Virus record (IMG/VR): IMGVR_UViG_3300003310_000099
Span: 42,295-106,294 of that record
From: a virus
Taxonomy: Duplodnaviria > Heunggongvirae > Uroviricota > Caudoviricetes
Length of the DNA stretch: 64,000 nucleotides
Direction: 5' to 3' (one strand)
Positions 13,274 to 21,507 of the stretch are shown one piece after another (within the stretch, counting starts at the first letter, position 1; every line of letters begins with the position of its first letter). The notes under the pieces were generated by a model, which saw only the letters and a list, made by a program, of their open reading frames with translations, ran no database searches and was not told where the DNA came from. The translations under genes and the position numbers were made by a program.

Positions 13274-13480
13274 ATGAGAAAAGAAAGTCAAGAAGAATAT
13301 TTTTCCCGTATGGATGAGGTCTTTTTCCTTCAATATCATTTAGGCATGAGATATGACAAGATTAAGGCAATGTCAGACCATGACCGTAAACTGACTATTG
13401 AATTGTTTTGTAAAGAAAACAATAAAAAAAAGTCTACTTTGCTTTTTCCAAGAAAAGGATTGCCAGATGACCCGTCCTAA
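13274..13480 (+). CDS. hypothetical protein (68 aa)
   Basis: ATG 3 nt after the tRNA. Confidence 0.4.
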   Translation: MRKESQEEYFSRMDEVFFLQYHLGMRYDKIKAMSDHDRKLTIELFCKENNKKKSTLLFPRKGLPDDPS

Positions 13481-13622
13481 ACTCGAAAAGCCTGTTAAGT
13501 GCTTGGGTTGTGGTGGTCAGATGAGGTTAAGGAAAAGACCTAGAGGATACATCCTAGTGTGCAAGAATGCTCCTAAATGTAGGAAGGTTGCAGCTTATGA
13601 AGTATGTGAACCTAATAGTTAA
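13467..13622 (+). CDS. small zinc-ribbon protein (51 aa)
   Basis: CLGCGGQM…CKNAPKC resembles topoisomerase-type zinc ribbons. Internal ATG of track ORF 13398..13622. Confidence 0.35.
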   Translation: MTRPKLEKPVKCLGCGGQMRLRKRPRGYILVCKNAPKCRKVAAYEVCEPNS

Positions 13623-13776
13623 TGTTGGCAGTCTTGACGAAGATGAATGTGAAGCGATTGAAGCTGAAATCAGTGAATTGCTTGAGCGTCATAACATGAA
13701 GCTGCATTCAACTTCATCAACGCCAAAGCAAGGTTACAGAGAAGAGGAATTGCAGTTTTACCCGAACGATATGTAA
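13597..13776 (+). CDS. hypothetical acidic protein (59 aa)
   Basis: Internal ATG of track ORF 13567..13776. Confidence 0.35.
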   Translation: MKYVNLIVNVGSLDEDECEAIEAEISELLERHNMKLHSTSSTPKQGYREEELQFYPNDM

Positions 13777-13777
13777 T

Positions 13778-13850
13778 GGCCCGTTCGACTTCTAGCTGAG
13801 GTCGGTAGCCTCTCAAGCTACATAGATGGGGGCAGAACCCATACGGGTCA
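13778..13850 (+). ncRNA. tRNA-like gene, anticodon loop ctCTCaa, aberrant T-loop GGCAGAA
   Basis: Acceptor ggcccgt/acgggtc, D-stem gact/ggtc, perfect anticodon arm gtagc-ctCTCaa-gctac. The T-arm atggg-GGCAGAA-cccat lacks T54/Ψ55/C56. Confidence 0.35.
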
Positions 13851-13851
13851 C

Positions 13852-14106
13852 TTGGAGATTGATATGGAACTTAAACTTTTCAAGTTGAAGAAGTATATAT
13901 CTCCTGAATGGGGAAATACTTACGACATTGACACTTATTACTACATTTCAAATGATGTAATAAAGGTTCTTGAAGAGATAGATGAGGTCCACGGCTGGGA
14001 GTTGAGTGGTTCTGATGGCAAGTGGACTTACGATCATTACTATGATATGGATCGTGCAGAGTTGAAGGTGGTTTTGGAAGAGGTTAAGTGTAATATTGTG
14101 ATATAA
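13852..14106 (+). CDS. hypothetical protein (84 aa)
   Basis: ATG 2 nt after the tRNA-like gene. Confidence 0.45.
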   Translation: MEIDMELKLFKLKKYISPEWGNTYDIDTYYYISNDVIKVLEEIDEVHGWELSGSDGKWTYDHYYDMDRAELKVVLEEVKCNIVI

Positions 14107-14223
14107 TGAGTAGGGTCGAAATTGGCCGTCTGAGAGCGTTTGCACGACGTACTCCTCGGACCTTTCCATAACTGATCTATATGATTTATTTGGGTGCAAC
14201 TGGATAAATCTCTACTCATTTAT

Positions 14224-14295
14224 GGCCCATTCGTCTAGCGGCTAGGATAACTGGCTTTCAATCAGTTGACAGGAGTTCGATTCTCCTATGGGCTA
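14224..14295 (+). tRNA. tRNA, anticodon read as TTC (Glu), third copy
   Basis: Acceptor ggcccat/atgggct, anticodon arm actgg-ctTTCaa-tcagt, T-arm aggagTTCGATTctcct. Confidence 0.55.
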
Positions 14296-14491
14296 CATTG
14301 AAGAGTGGTTTAAATGTTGGTGTACATGTAAAGCCGTGAATTGGGTATATGCTGGCGATCCTATGGACCAGACTATACCCGATGTTCACGGCTTTATTTG
14401 TTTTAAATGTGGTGCAGAGAATGAATTTGATAATCTGGACCTATTTGAAGACGATGAAAGGTATTTTAAGGAAGGTTTAGAGCATCCATAG
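14288..14491 (+). CDS. hypothetical Cys-rich protein (67 aa; start uncertain)
   Basis: The track start overlaps the tRNA 3' end; the alternative internal Met is at 14363. CWCTCK…CFKCGAE motifs. Confidence 0.35.
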   Translation: MGYIEEWFKCWCTCKAVNWVYAGDPMDQTIPDVHGFICFKCGAENEFDNLDLFEDDERYFKEGLEHP

Positions 14492-14503
14492 CTATATTAG
14501 TGT

Positions 14504-14689
14504 ATGGAAAAAGTAGATTTTGTTATAATAGACACTGACGGAATTCATGAAACTCTGGCATGTCCCAAATGCGGTAATGTCTTCGATATTGACGCTCATA
14601 CTGAGTTAAATCTAATATTTGACAAGACTTATATGGGTCTGCTTGCAAAATGCACAGACTGCGGAGTTCTCCAAAAGGGTGATGAATGA
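14504..14689 (+). CDS. hypothetical zinc-ribbon protein (61 aa)
   Basis: CPKCGN…CTDCG. Confidence 0.4.
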   Translation: MEKVDFVIIDTDGIHETLACPKCGNVFDIDAHTELNLIFDKTYMGLLAKCTDCGVLQKGDE

Positions 14690-14738
14690 TTTATAAAGGT
14701 AAAGTTTGGAAATACCAACTTTTCAAAGAGGTTAGTAT

Positions 14739-14912
14739 ATGAATCAGGACTATATGCGTGGTAAACTCCTAGATTACTATTCCACTTTAAACGTGGAAGG
14801 TAAGATTACGGAGTCAGAAATGGAAGATGAAATGGATAAAGTTTCATTTCATATGACGGAGCAACAGATCGAAAGAAAGTATAAGCAATTGAAAAAGCTT
14901 AAAGCTATATAA
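14739..14912 (+). CDS. hypothetical protein (58 aa)
   Basis: Below the track cut-off. Acidic. Confidence 0.3.
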   Translation: MNQDYMRGKLLDYYSTLNVEGKITESEMEDEMDKVSFHMTEQQIERKYKQLKKLKAI

Positions 14913-14916
14913 TTGC

Positions 14917-15318
14917 ATGATTTCATTTAACGTATGGCTAGAAGCAAAACAAGGCTTATATCAGCAGTTATTGGCACTTAGACCGTTGATAGCTCAAGCT
15001 GCACAGAAAATTTATAATGAATGGGATCAGGAAGATGAATGCGACGTAGGTGGTATTTGTGACGAAATAGCGAATGCCACGTCTGGTATAATTGTAAATC
15101 GCATCAGGAATATAAATGTTACGGATGGCGGGCATGATGGTGACGATCATGCTTGGACGATTGTGTATAATAACTCTGAGTCTTATGGGGTAGACATACC
15201 GCCTCATGTCTATGAAACGGGTGGTGGTTATTGCTGGAAGAAGATACCAGGGGTTATTATACAGCCTAACCACGTCGAAGTTTGGGATTTAGGAATTCAT
15301 CCAAGGGAATTCCAGTAA
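14917..15318 (+). CDS. hypothetical protein (133 aa)
   Basis: ORF. Confidence 0.45.
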   Translation: MISFNVWLEAKQGLYQQLLALRPLIAQAAQKIYNEWDQEDECDVGGICDEIANATSGIIVNRIRNINVTDGGHDGDDHAWTIVYNNSESYGVDIPPHVYETGGGYCWKKIPGVIIQPNHVEVWDLGIHPREFQ

Positions 15319-15323
15319 GACAC

Positions 15324-15351
15324 TTTACAAAACGTAGTTTTGTGTTATACT
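15324..15351 (+). promoter_or_regulatory. sigma70-like promoter P1 (-35 TTTACA, 16-nt spacer, extended -10 TGTGTTATACT)
   Basis: Matches the TGn-TATAAT architecture. The same 14-mer TGTGKTATACTGAG recurs at 19691. The predicted start site coincides with the ATG of the ligase gene, giving a leaderless mRNA. Confidence 0.5.
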
Positions 15352-15357
15352 GAGCGT

Positions 15358-16458
15358 ATGAACAAACTACCTCCACTTTACTCCCGTCGTTCCGATGGGA
15401 AAATTCAAATTTGGGAAAAAGAGATTTCGGGCAATAAGTACCGAACTCACTCTGGCATTAAAGACGGCGAAATCGTCGTTTCTGAATGGACAGAATGTGT
15501 AGCAAAGAACGTCGGCAAGAAAAATCATATCACCGCCGAACAACAAGCGACCATCGAAGCCAAGGCCGATTGGCAAAAGAAGAAGGACAAAGGTTATAAG
15601 GAAGATATCAACGACGTTGATAACTATACTTTTTTTGAGCCTATGCTGGCTAAGGTCTGGCAAGATTACAAAGACGAAGCTGTTTTTCCTGCCTATGTCC
15701 AACCAAAGTTGGACGGAATGCGTCTTATTGCCAACAAAGAAGGTCTATGGACCAGGAATGGAAAGGAATATAAGTCCATTCCTCACATCTACGAAGCATT
15801 AAGACCTTTATTTAAATTTAATCCGAAGTATATCTTCGATGGGGAAGTCTACGCAGACAAATTTGCTAATGACTTCAATAAGATTTGTTCCTTAGCTAAA
15901 AAAACTAAGCCAACAGCGGAAGATATTGCGGAATCGGCAGTCAGTATCGAATACCATATTTATGATTTTCCTTATTGGGAAGATGTTTTTAGTAAGCGAC
16001 ATGCTGAGTTGCTGAAAGTGTCAAAGCATTTCAAGCATGATAAACTAAAATTGGTTGATACGCATGAAGTGAGTTCTCATAAAGAAATTGACGGTCATTA
16101 TGAGAACTTTGTCGAGCTTGGCTATGAAGGCTTGATGGTTCGTATTGACGCTCATTATGAAAATAAGCGAACCAAGTCCCTGTTGAAATACAAGGAATTC
16201 AAGGATGATGAGTATGAGATTTTGGATGTAGTGGAGGGTATTGGCAATAGGAGTGGTGGTGCTGGTGCGCTTGTTTGTAAGAACAAGGATGGCAGCACTT
16301 TTCATTCCAATATCAAGGGCAATCGTGAATTTTGCAAGGCAATGCTTATCAATAAGAACGACTATATTGGCAAAATGGCCACTATTCAGTTCTTTAATTT
16401 GACGGTTGATGGCGTGCCACGTTTCCCCTATTTTTTGAGAGTCCGCGACGATGGATGA
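15358..16458 (+). CDS. ATP-dependent DNA ligase
   Basis: Motif I KLDGMR, motif III FDGEVY, motif IV EGLMVR, motif V LLKYK, followed by an OB-like C-terminus. The ORF-track TTG start at 15340 is replaced by the ATG at 15358. Confidence 0.8.
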   Translation: MNKLPPLYSRRSDGKIQIWEKEISGNKYRTHSGIKDGEIVVSEWTECVAKNVGKKNHITAEQQATIEAKADWQKKKDKGYKEDINDVDNYTFFEPMLAKVWQDYKDEAVFPAYVQPKLDGMRLIANKEGLWTRNGKEYKSIPHIYEALRPLFKFNPKYIFDGEVYADKFANDFNKICSLAKKTKPTAEDIAESAVSIEYHIYDFPYWEDVFSKRHAELLKVSKHFKHDKLKLVDTHEVSSHKEIDGHYENFVELGYEGLMVRIDAHYENKRTKSLLKYKEFKDDEYEILDVVEGIGNRSGGAGALVCKNKDGSTFHSNIKGNREFCKAMLINKNDYIGKMATIQFFNLTVDGVPRFPYFLRVRDDG

Positions 16459-16810
16459 ATTATATAAGTATTTTGAAGATGTTAAGTTTTCAGCCATGCT
16501 TAATGTTTGCAGTGGTTTTAACTGTGTAAAGCATGGGTTGGATATTGATATAAATGTTAATAAACTGATTTGGGAAATGGATGAATGGGAATTTCAGTTA
16601 GAACTCTATGACAGAATCCATGAATTATTGTCTGTTAGTGGTCTTGAAGAGTTTGAACATCCATATGATATGGCAATAACCGCCTATCTTTTTGCATTAA
16701 GTAAGCGTAATATGCCATTGGCGGTACTGTGTTCCAGGTTTGTCAAGGACGTTCCAAGGCTTTTCTGGGCCTATAAAATGGCTAAGGAGTTGAGGGTTCG
16801 GGATGAATGA
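16451..16810 (+). CDS. hypothetical protein (119 aa)
   Basis: ORF overlapping the ligase stop by 8 nt. Confidence 0.45.
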   Translation: MDELYKYFEDVKFSAMLNVCSGFNCVKHGLDIDINVNKLIWEMDEWEFQLELYDRIHELLSVSGLEEFEHPYDMAITAYLFALSKRNMPLAVLCSRFVKDVPRLFWAYKMAKELRVRDE

Positions 16811-17477
16811 TTTACCCCCTTGGCGAAGATGGTTTGAAGTCTTTATTCGTTTCCTTATATTCTATAGCATTTTCAGTTTCTATGCAGAAGTAGATTTCGC
16901 CAAAGAAGATACAAGTAGTGGGTTCTGGCTCTGGAGTGAGCGAGTTGTAGCTATCATATTCACTATTGAATACATTTTAAGATGGAGTTGGTCCCCGCAC
17001 GGCTGGAAATGGCCTTTCACTTTCTATGCTGTCGTAGATTTACTCGCAATTCTACCTTTCTACATAGGATTCTTTGTCCCATCCCACCACTTGGGCGTCA
17101 TACGGTCTTTGCGTGTTCTAAGACTGTTGAAGCTAACTAGGTACAGTTTAGCTTTGGACAGGTTTTTAGACAGTTTCAGAAGAGTTAAGGATGAATTAAC
17201 GATCATCATGGTGTTTTTGATGATTGTAGTCTTTTTAGGGGCTACTCTTCTGTATGAGTTTGAGCATCCTGTTCAGCCTGAAAAAATCTCCTGTTTAGCA
17301 GACGCAACTTGGCTATGTTTCATCACCATAGCGACTATTGGTTATGGTGACATATACCCAATGACTTGGCCTGGAAGGATTATAGTGATGATTGTGTGTG
17401 TATTGGGGCTTGGTATTTTTGGTTCATTCGTCAGTCTTTTAGGCAGTTCCGTAATATGCAGGGATAAGAAACCTTAA
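16803..17477 (+). CDS. voltage-gated potassium channel (6-TM, Kv-like)
   Basis: 224 aa. S4-like VIRSLRVLRLLKLTRYS has Arg/Lys every third residue. The pore has the canonical K+ selectivity filter TIATIGYGD. There are hydrophobic segments before and after. Confidence 0.8.
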   Translation: MNDLPPWRRWFEVFIRFLIFYSIFSFYAEVDFAKEDTSSGFWLWSERVVAIIFTIEYILRWSWSPHGWKWPFTFYAVVDLLAILPFYIGFFVPSHHLGVIRSLRVLRLLKLTRYSLALDRFLDSFRRVKDELTIIMVFLMIVVFLGATLLYEFEHPVQPEKISCLADATWLCFITIATIGYGDIYPMTWPGRIIVMIVCVLGLGIFGSFVSLLGSSVICRDKKP

Positions 17478-18025
17478 ATTCCAATTTTTTTCATTTGTTC
17501 ATTATCCCTATCGTTTGGTTTTAGATAAGCACCCATGAAGTAATCTGCCAGAGGAAACACTACGTTGTAGTTTTTACCTGGGTAGGTGTGGTGCATCCAA
17601 TGATAGCGAGCCAGGAATTTATAGATTGCAGTATTTGAGAACCATGAATATTTTGGTCGGTGCATTTCGCTGTGAACTATATTCCAGATTAAGTGGTGTA
17701 CTATTACTGTGAAGAAGAAAACAATTGCGAAGGTTGAGGATATAAACCAGAGTGGTATGCAGACAATAAATGCTAAGAACGCGCCGAGTTTTACGTCTAG
17801 TTCTATATCTATGTCCCTCCCGTATGGATCGGGTTCATAGTTAAAATCTTCGTAATATTTTCTATGGTGTAGAAAACTGTGCTGCTCATAGGTTTTATTT
17901 AAAAAAGGGATGCAGCGGTATATAAAACTAGGTAGTCTGCGTTTGTGCATGAGCCAACGGTGTACAAAGTATTCTATGAAAGACATGATGACGATGCTTA
18001 AAACTAGACTAGCAAATATTAGCAT
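17474..18025 (-). CDS. fatty-acid hydroxylase / sterol-desaturase family membrane di-iron enzyme
   Basis: 183 aa. Histidine boxes HRWLMH, HHRKY, HSEMH and HWMHH lie in hydrophobic segments. Confidence 0.65.
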   Translation of the reverse strand: MLIFASLVLSIVIMSFIEYFVHRWLMHKRRLPSFIYRCIPFLNKTYEQHSFLHHRKYYEDFNYEPDPYGRDIDIELDVKLGAFLAFIVCIPLWFISSTFAIVFFFTVIVHHLIWNIVHSEMHRPKYSWFSNTAIYKFLARYHWMHHTYPGKNYNVVFPLADYFMGAYLKPNDRDNEQMKKIGI

Positions 18026-18367
18026 GGAGACTCCTTCTCATCCGTATATACGCTTGACAAAGTGAGTTCCTGTGCTATATTATCAATGTGACAGCCAAAA
18101 AAGGAGGAGTTATGCTCTAGGTAGAAAATTGCGATTGTGTATTCCATTTCAACAAGGCGAGTCTTGCCGACCCAAACGTTCCAGCTTGGGTGTTAAAGGC
18201 AAAGGGTGAAACATATTATGTTACCCATGTAACATCGAATGCTCCTTGGTCTACCAAGGAAACGCCTGACAATTCGCATACGAAGGGTAGTTTGAAATTT
18301 AAGCGTGTGAATGTCATTATTCACGAAGATAATTCGGCTGAAATATTTGAAGTTTAGGAGGCATAAA

Positions 18368-19687
18368 ATGCCTAATAAAGTGAAGATTACTGGCGGTCCT
18401 AGTTTTTCTTGGTATGTCGTAACTTTCGTTTTATTCATCTGGGATTTTTACTACGGTCTAGTTTGGTTAATCACCAATCTAGTAACCGTAGTTTCCATTT
18501 ATATTTATCTTCGCTACAAGCATGTCCCAATTATTAAGAGTTTACTTGATACCGACTGGTACAAGTTTACGATGGGGCAGGTAGTTTTCCACAATTTCCC
18601 TTACACAAATGTCGAATACGCCTTTATTAACCGTGGGAAGACTCAGTTCCCAGAAGGTTTCGCTGATGCACTGCGTAAAGAACTTAAAGCTCTGAGTAAG
18701 CTTAAGTTAAGGTACAAAGAAATCCAGTGGCTTGCTGAGAACTGGTGTATGAGTGGGGATTATGTGGAATTTCTGACTGATTTTAGGTTTAATCCTGAAC
18801 AGGTTAAGATTTCGCAGAGCAGTGGCGACCTGGATATTAAGATTAGCGGACCTTGGAAGGAAACAATTCTTTGGGAAGTGCCTTTGATGGCAATTATCAG
18901 TGAATTGTATTTCAAAATGACTGAAAGAACTTGGGATGAAGATGCCTTTGTCAGGAAGACTGAAAATAAAGGTAACAAAATGCAGAATGCTGGAGTTGCT
19001 TGGAGCGATTTCGGCACCCGACGTAGGTTTTCTTTCGCTGTGCAGGATAAACTTAATTCGGTTATGCGGCACTTTCATGAAGGATTCAAAGGCACAAGCA
19101 ATCCTTACTTTGCCATGAAGTATAATTTAACCCCTATTGGCACTTATGCTCATGAAGCTGTGATGGCTATGCAGATGTTTTATGGTGCCAAGGATTCTAA
19201 CCGAAAATGGATGGAGTATTGGTGCAAGGAATACGATGGCTACATGCGAATCGCTCTTACTGATACTCTTACTACCGATGTTTTCTTGAGGGATTTTGAC
19301 TATAAAACAGCAAATGAGTTTGCTGGAGTTCGTCAGGACAGTGGTGATCCGTTTGAATTTGGTGAAAAACTGATTCAGCATTATGAGAAATTGGGCATTG
19401 ACCCAAAAACTAAGAAAATCGTGTTTAGTGATAGTTTGGATGCTGATAAGGCAGTGGCTTTGCACGAAAGATTTTCTGACCGTATTCAGTGTGTGATGGG
19501 TATTGGCACACATTTGACTAACGATTGTGGGCATAAACCACTGAATATGGTTATTAAGCTGACTGCTGTTGAAGGTATGCCAGTAGTGAAGCTGTCGGAC
19601 GACAAAGGCAAGCACACTGGTATTCCTGAAGTAATTGATAAGGTCAAGGAAGAATTGGGTATCAACAATAAGCTTGTCATTGTGTGA
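18368..19687 (+). CDS. pncB: nicotinate phosphoribosyltransferase (PncB-like)
   Basis: LLDTDWYKFTMGQVV and SDFGTRRR motifs are typical of the NAPRTase family. AGGAGG RBS upstream of ATG 18368. An N-terminal ~45-aa hydrophobic extension is present. Confidence 0.75.
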   Translation: MPNKVKITGGPSFSWYVVTFVLFIWDFYYGLVWLITNLVTVVSIYIYLRYKHVPIIKSLLDTDWYKFTMGQVVFHNFPYTNVEYAFINRGKTQFPEGFADALRKELKALSKLKLRYKEIQWLAENWCMSGDYVEFLTDFRFNPEQVKISQSSGDLDIKISGPWKETILWEVPLMAIISELYFKMTERTWDEDAFVRKTENKGNKMQNAGVAWSDFGTRRRFSFAVQDKLNSVMRHFHEGFKGTSNPYFAMKYNLTPIGTYAHEAVMAMQMFYGAKDSNRKWMEYWCKEYDGYMRIALTDTLTTDVFLRDFDYKTANEFAGVRQDSGDPFEFGEKLIQHYEKLGIDPKTKKIVFSDSLDADKAVALHERFSDRIQCVMGIGTHLTNDCGHKPLNMVIKLTAVEGMPVVKLSDDKGKHTGIPEVIDKVKEELGINNKLVIV

Positions 19688-19701
19688 ATTTGTGGTATAC
19701 T
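19674..19701 (+). promoter_or_regulatory. sigma70-like promoter P2 (-35 TTGTCA, 16-nt spacer, extended -10 TGTGGTATACT)
   Basis: The 14-mer TGTGGTATACTGAG is shared with P1. Located 33 nt upstream of the pncA ATG, which has an AGAGAGGTGA RBS. Confidence 0.5.
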
Positions 19702-19733
19702 GAGAGTAGAACAACCTTAAAGAGAGGTGAAAC

Positions 19734-20534
19734 ATGGCGAAGAAGATTCATCTGGTTATCATTGACCCACAGGTAGATTTCTGTGACCCCAAGGGCAACC
19801 TTTATGTCAAGGGTGCTGACAAGGACATGGAACGCTTGGCGGGCATGGTCAAAAAGCTGAAGCGTAAGATTGATGACATTCACATCACACTCGATAGTCA
19901 TCACTTAGTACACGTTGCTCATCCAATCTTTTGGAAGGACTCTGCGGGCAACAATCCTGGTCCATTTACCATCATCAGTGCGGAAGATGTTCGCAAGGGT
20001 AAATGGACCACCACGAAGCCAAGTCTTTACAAGCGAGCCAAGGATTATGTTGAAACCCTTGAGAAGAATGCTCGCTACCCTCTCTGTATCTGGCCACCGC
20101 ACTGTTTGATCGGGTCGGTTGGGCAGACTGTTTATCCCGCTCTTTATGAAGCGGTGATGGAATGGTGTAAGGATTTTGCTGCTGTTGATTTCGTTACTAA
20201 GGGCAGCAACATCCTCACCGAACACTATTCAGCTATTGTGGCTGACGTGCCTGATCCAAATGATCCTGGCACTCAGATTAACGTCAATTTCCTCAATACC
20301 ATCAATGAAGCTGATTTGGTACTTCTTGCTGGTGAAGCACGAAGTCACTGTCTGGCCAATACTGGCCGCGATGCTTGTAACTACTTCAGCGATGATTCGC
20401 TGGTGAAGAAGCTGGTATTGCTCACGGATGCAACGAGTGACGTGACAGGTTTTGAGAGTCTTGGCGAGCAGTTCGTGAAGGATATGGTTGCTCGCGGTAT
20501 GCAGGTGACTACCACTAAGGACTTCTTAGCATAA
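19734..20534 (+). CDS. pncA: nicotinamidase (PncA, isochorismatase family)
   Basis: IIDPQVDFC matches the VDxQNDF signature of nicotinamidases and isochorismatase hydrolases; catalytic Cys candidate in PPHCLIGS. Confidence 0.7.
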   Translation: MAKKIHLVIIDPQVDFCDPKGNLYVKGADKDMERLAGMVKKLKRKIDDIHITLDSHHLVHVAHPIFWKDSAGNNPGPFTIISAEDVRKGKWTTTKPSLYKRAKDYVETLEKNARYPLCIWPPHCLIGSVGQTVYPALYEAVMEWCKDFAAVDFVTKGSNILTEHYSAIVADVPDPNDPGTQINVNFLNTINEADLVLLAGEARSHCLANTGRDACNYFSDDSLVKKLVLLTDATSDVTGFESLGEQFVKDMVARGMQVTTTKDFLA

Positions 20535-20582
20535 TTTTATGGGAGGTACTGGACGTTTATATGGCGTCCAGTACCTCATAAG

Positions 20583-20792
20583 GTGTCCATAATGACAATT
20601 GAAGAAGCCGCTAAATCTTTGTACGATCATTTAACGAGCAATCCTGATGATGCAGGTGTTTTCTGCGTCTATCCATCAAATGATGGCAGACTTCGGGTGG
20701 ACGTAAATTTCATTTATAGAATACCAGAAGTAGAGTTAATTAAGGAATGGGAAGGGTTTTCTGTATTTATTGGACGTAGGAGTTGCTGGTAA
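20583..20792 (+). CDS. hypothetical protein (69 aa)
   Basis: ORF. Confidence 0.4.
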   Translation: MSIMTIEEAAKSLYDHLTSNPDDAGVFCVYPSNDGRLRVDVNFIYRIPEVELIKEWEGFSVFIGRRSCW

Positions 20793-20983
20793 TGACTGCT
20801 GAACAATGGATGAGAGATAATCTGCCTACCAACCAGACTATCAGTCGGGATGCGGTAGAGATTCTGATTAAGTTGGCTTGGAATGAAGCAACTAAATCTG
20901 TGAAGGAACGGATCAAGGGTTCTGGTTGGCAACCGCCCAAAGAAATCATTGGTCCATATGAGATTGATTGTTTAGATTATTAG
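20783..20983 (+). CDS. hypothetical protein (66 aa)
   Basis: ORF overlapping the upstream stop. Confidence 0.4.
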   Translation: MLVMTAEQWMRDNLPTNQTISRDAVEILIKLAWNEATKSVKERIKGSGWQPPKEIIGPYEIDCLDY

Positions 20984-20992
20984 GAGAAAGAC

Positions 20993-21193
20993 ATGCGTTT
21001 CACTGTAAACGAAACTGAAGCAGGGATTGTTGCACCAGCTAAGGACATTTGCAAGGTGCAAGATTGTAAGAATCATCGCTTCGCAAGCAAGCGTCCTTAT
21101 CCTTTCTGCAAGAAGCATTCTGGATTGCGAACTCAGTTGTCGAAGAAGAAGTTCAGGGAATTGGACGGCAATAACGAGTTGGTAGTTCTATGA
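20993..21193 (+). CDS. hypothetical protein (66 aa)
   Basis: ORF. Confidence 0.4.
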   Translation: MRFTVNETEAGIVAPAKDICKVQDCKNHRFASKRPYPFCKKHSGLRTQLSKKKFRELDGNNELVVL

Positions 21194-21495
21194 AAACTCC
21201 AGAAAGTCGCACTAAGACAGAATTCAAGGTTAGAAAGCTTGAATTCTGTATGGGCGACAATGACATTGTTGATATGCAGTGCGGCGGTCCTGCGCGTTTA
21301 TCCTTTTGGGTGTTTTCTTCACTTTCGGAGAAAGCCCTTAAAGGAGTTGCAGAGAATGCCGAAGTACAGAATGCAGTGAGACAACACGGCGGCGATGGTA
21401 GTTTTTATATAACTAATTCTCAATGGGCAGAGAAATTCTGTCAAACTGAAGATGAAGTTAAAGAAAACGTATTACGATTGGTCAAACAATTTTAA
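21190..21495 (+). CDS. hypothetical protein (101 aa)
   Basis: ORF with ATGA overlap. Confidence 0.45.
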   Translation: MKTPESRTKTEFKVRKLEFCMGDNDIVDMQCGGPARLSFWVFSSLSEKALKGVAENAEVQNAVRQHGGDGSFYITNSQWAEKFCQTEDEVKENVLRLVKQF

Positions 21496-21507
21496 AGGAG
21501 AACTAAC

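Noticed and set aside
14107-14218. Long-range inverted repeat ATGAGTAG…CTACTCAT flanking about 100 nt upstream of tRNA-Glu at 14224
   Set aside because: It is only 8 bp and could arise by chance. There is no supporting internal structure or conservation, so it was noted only.
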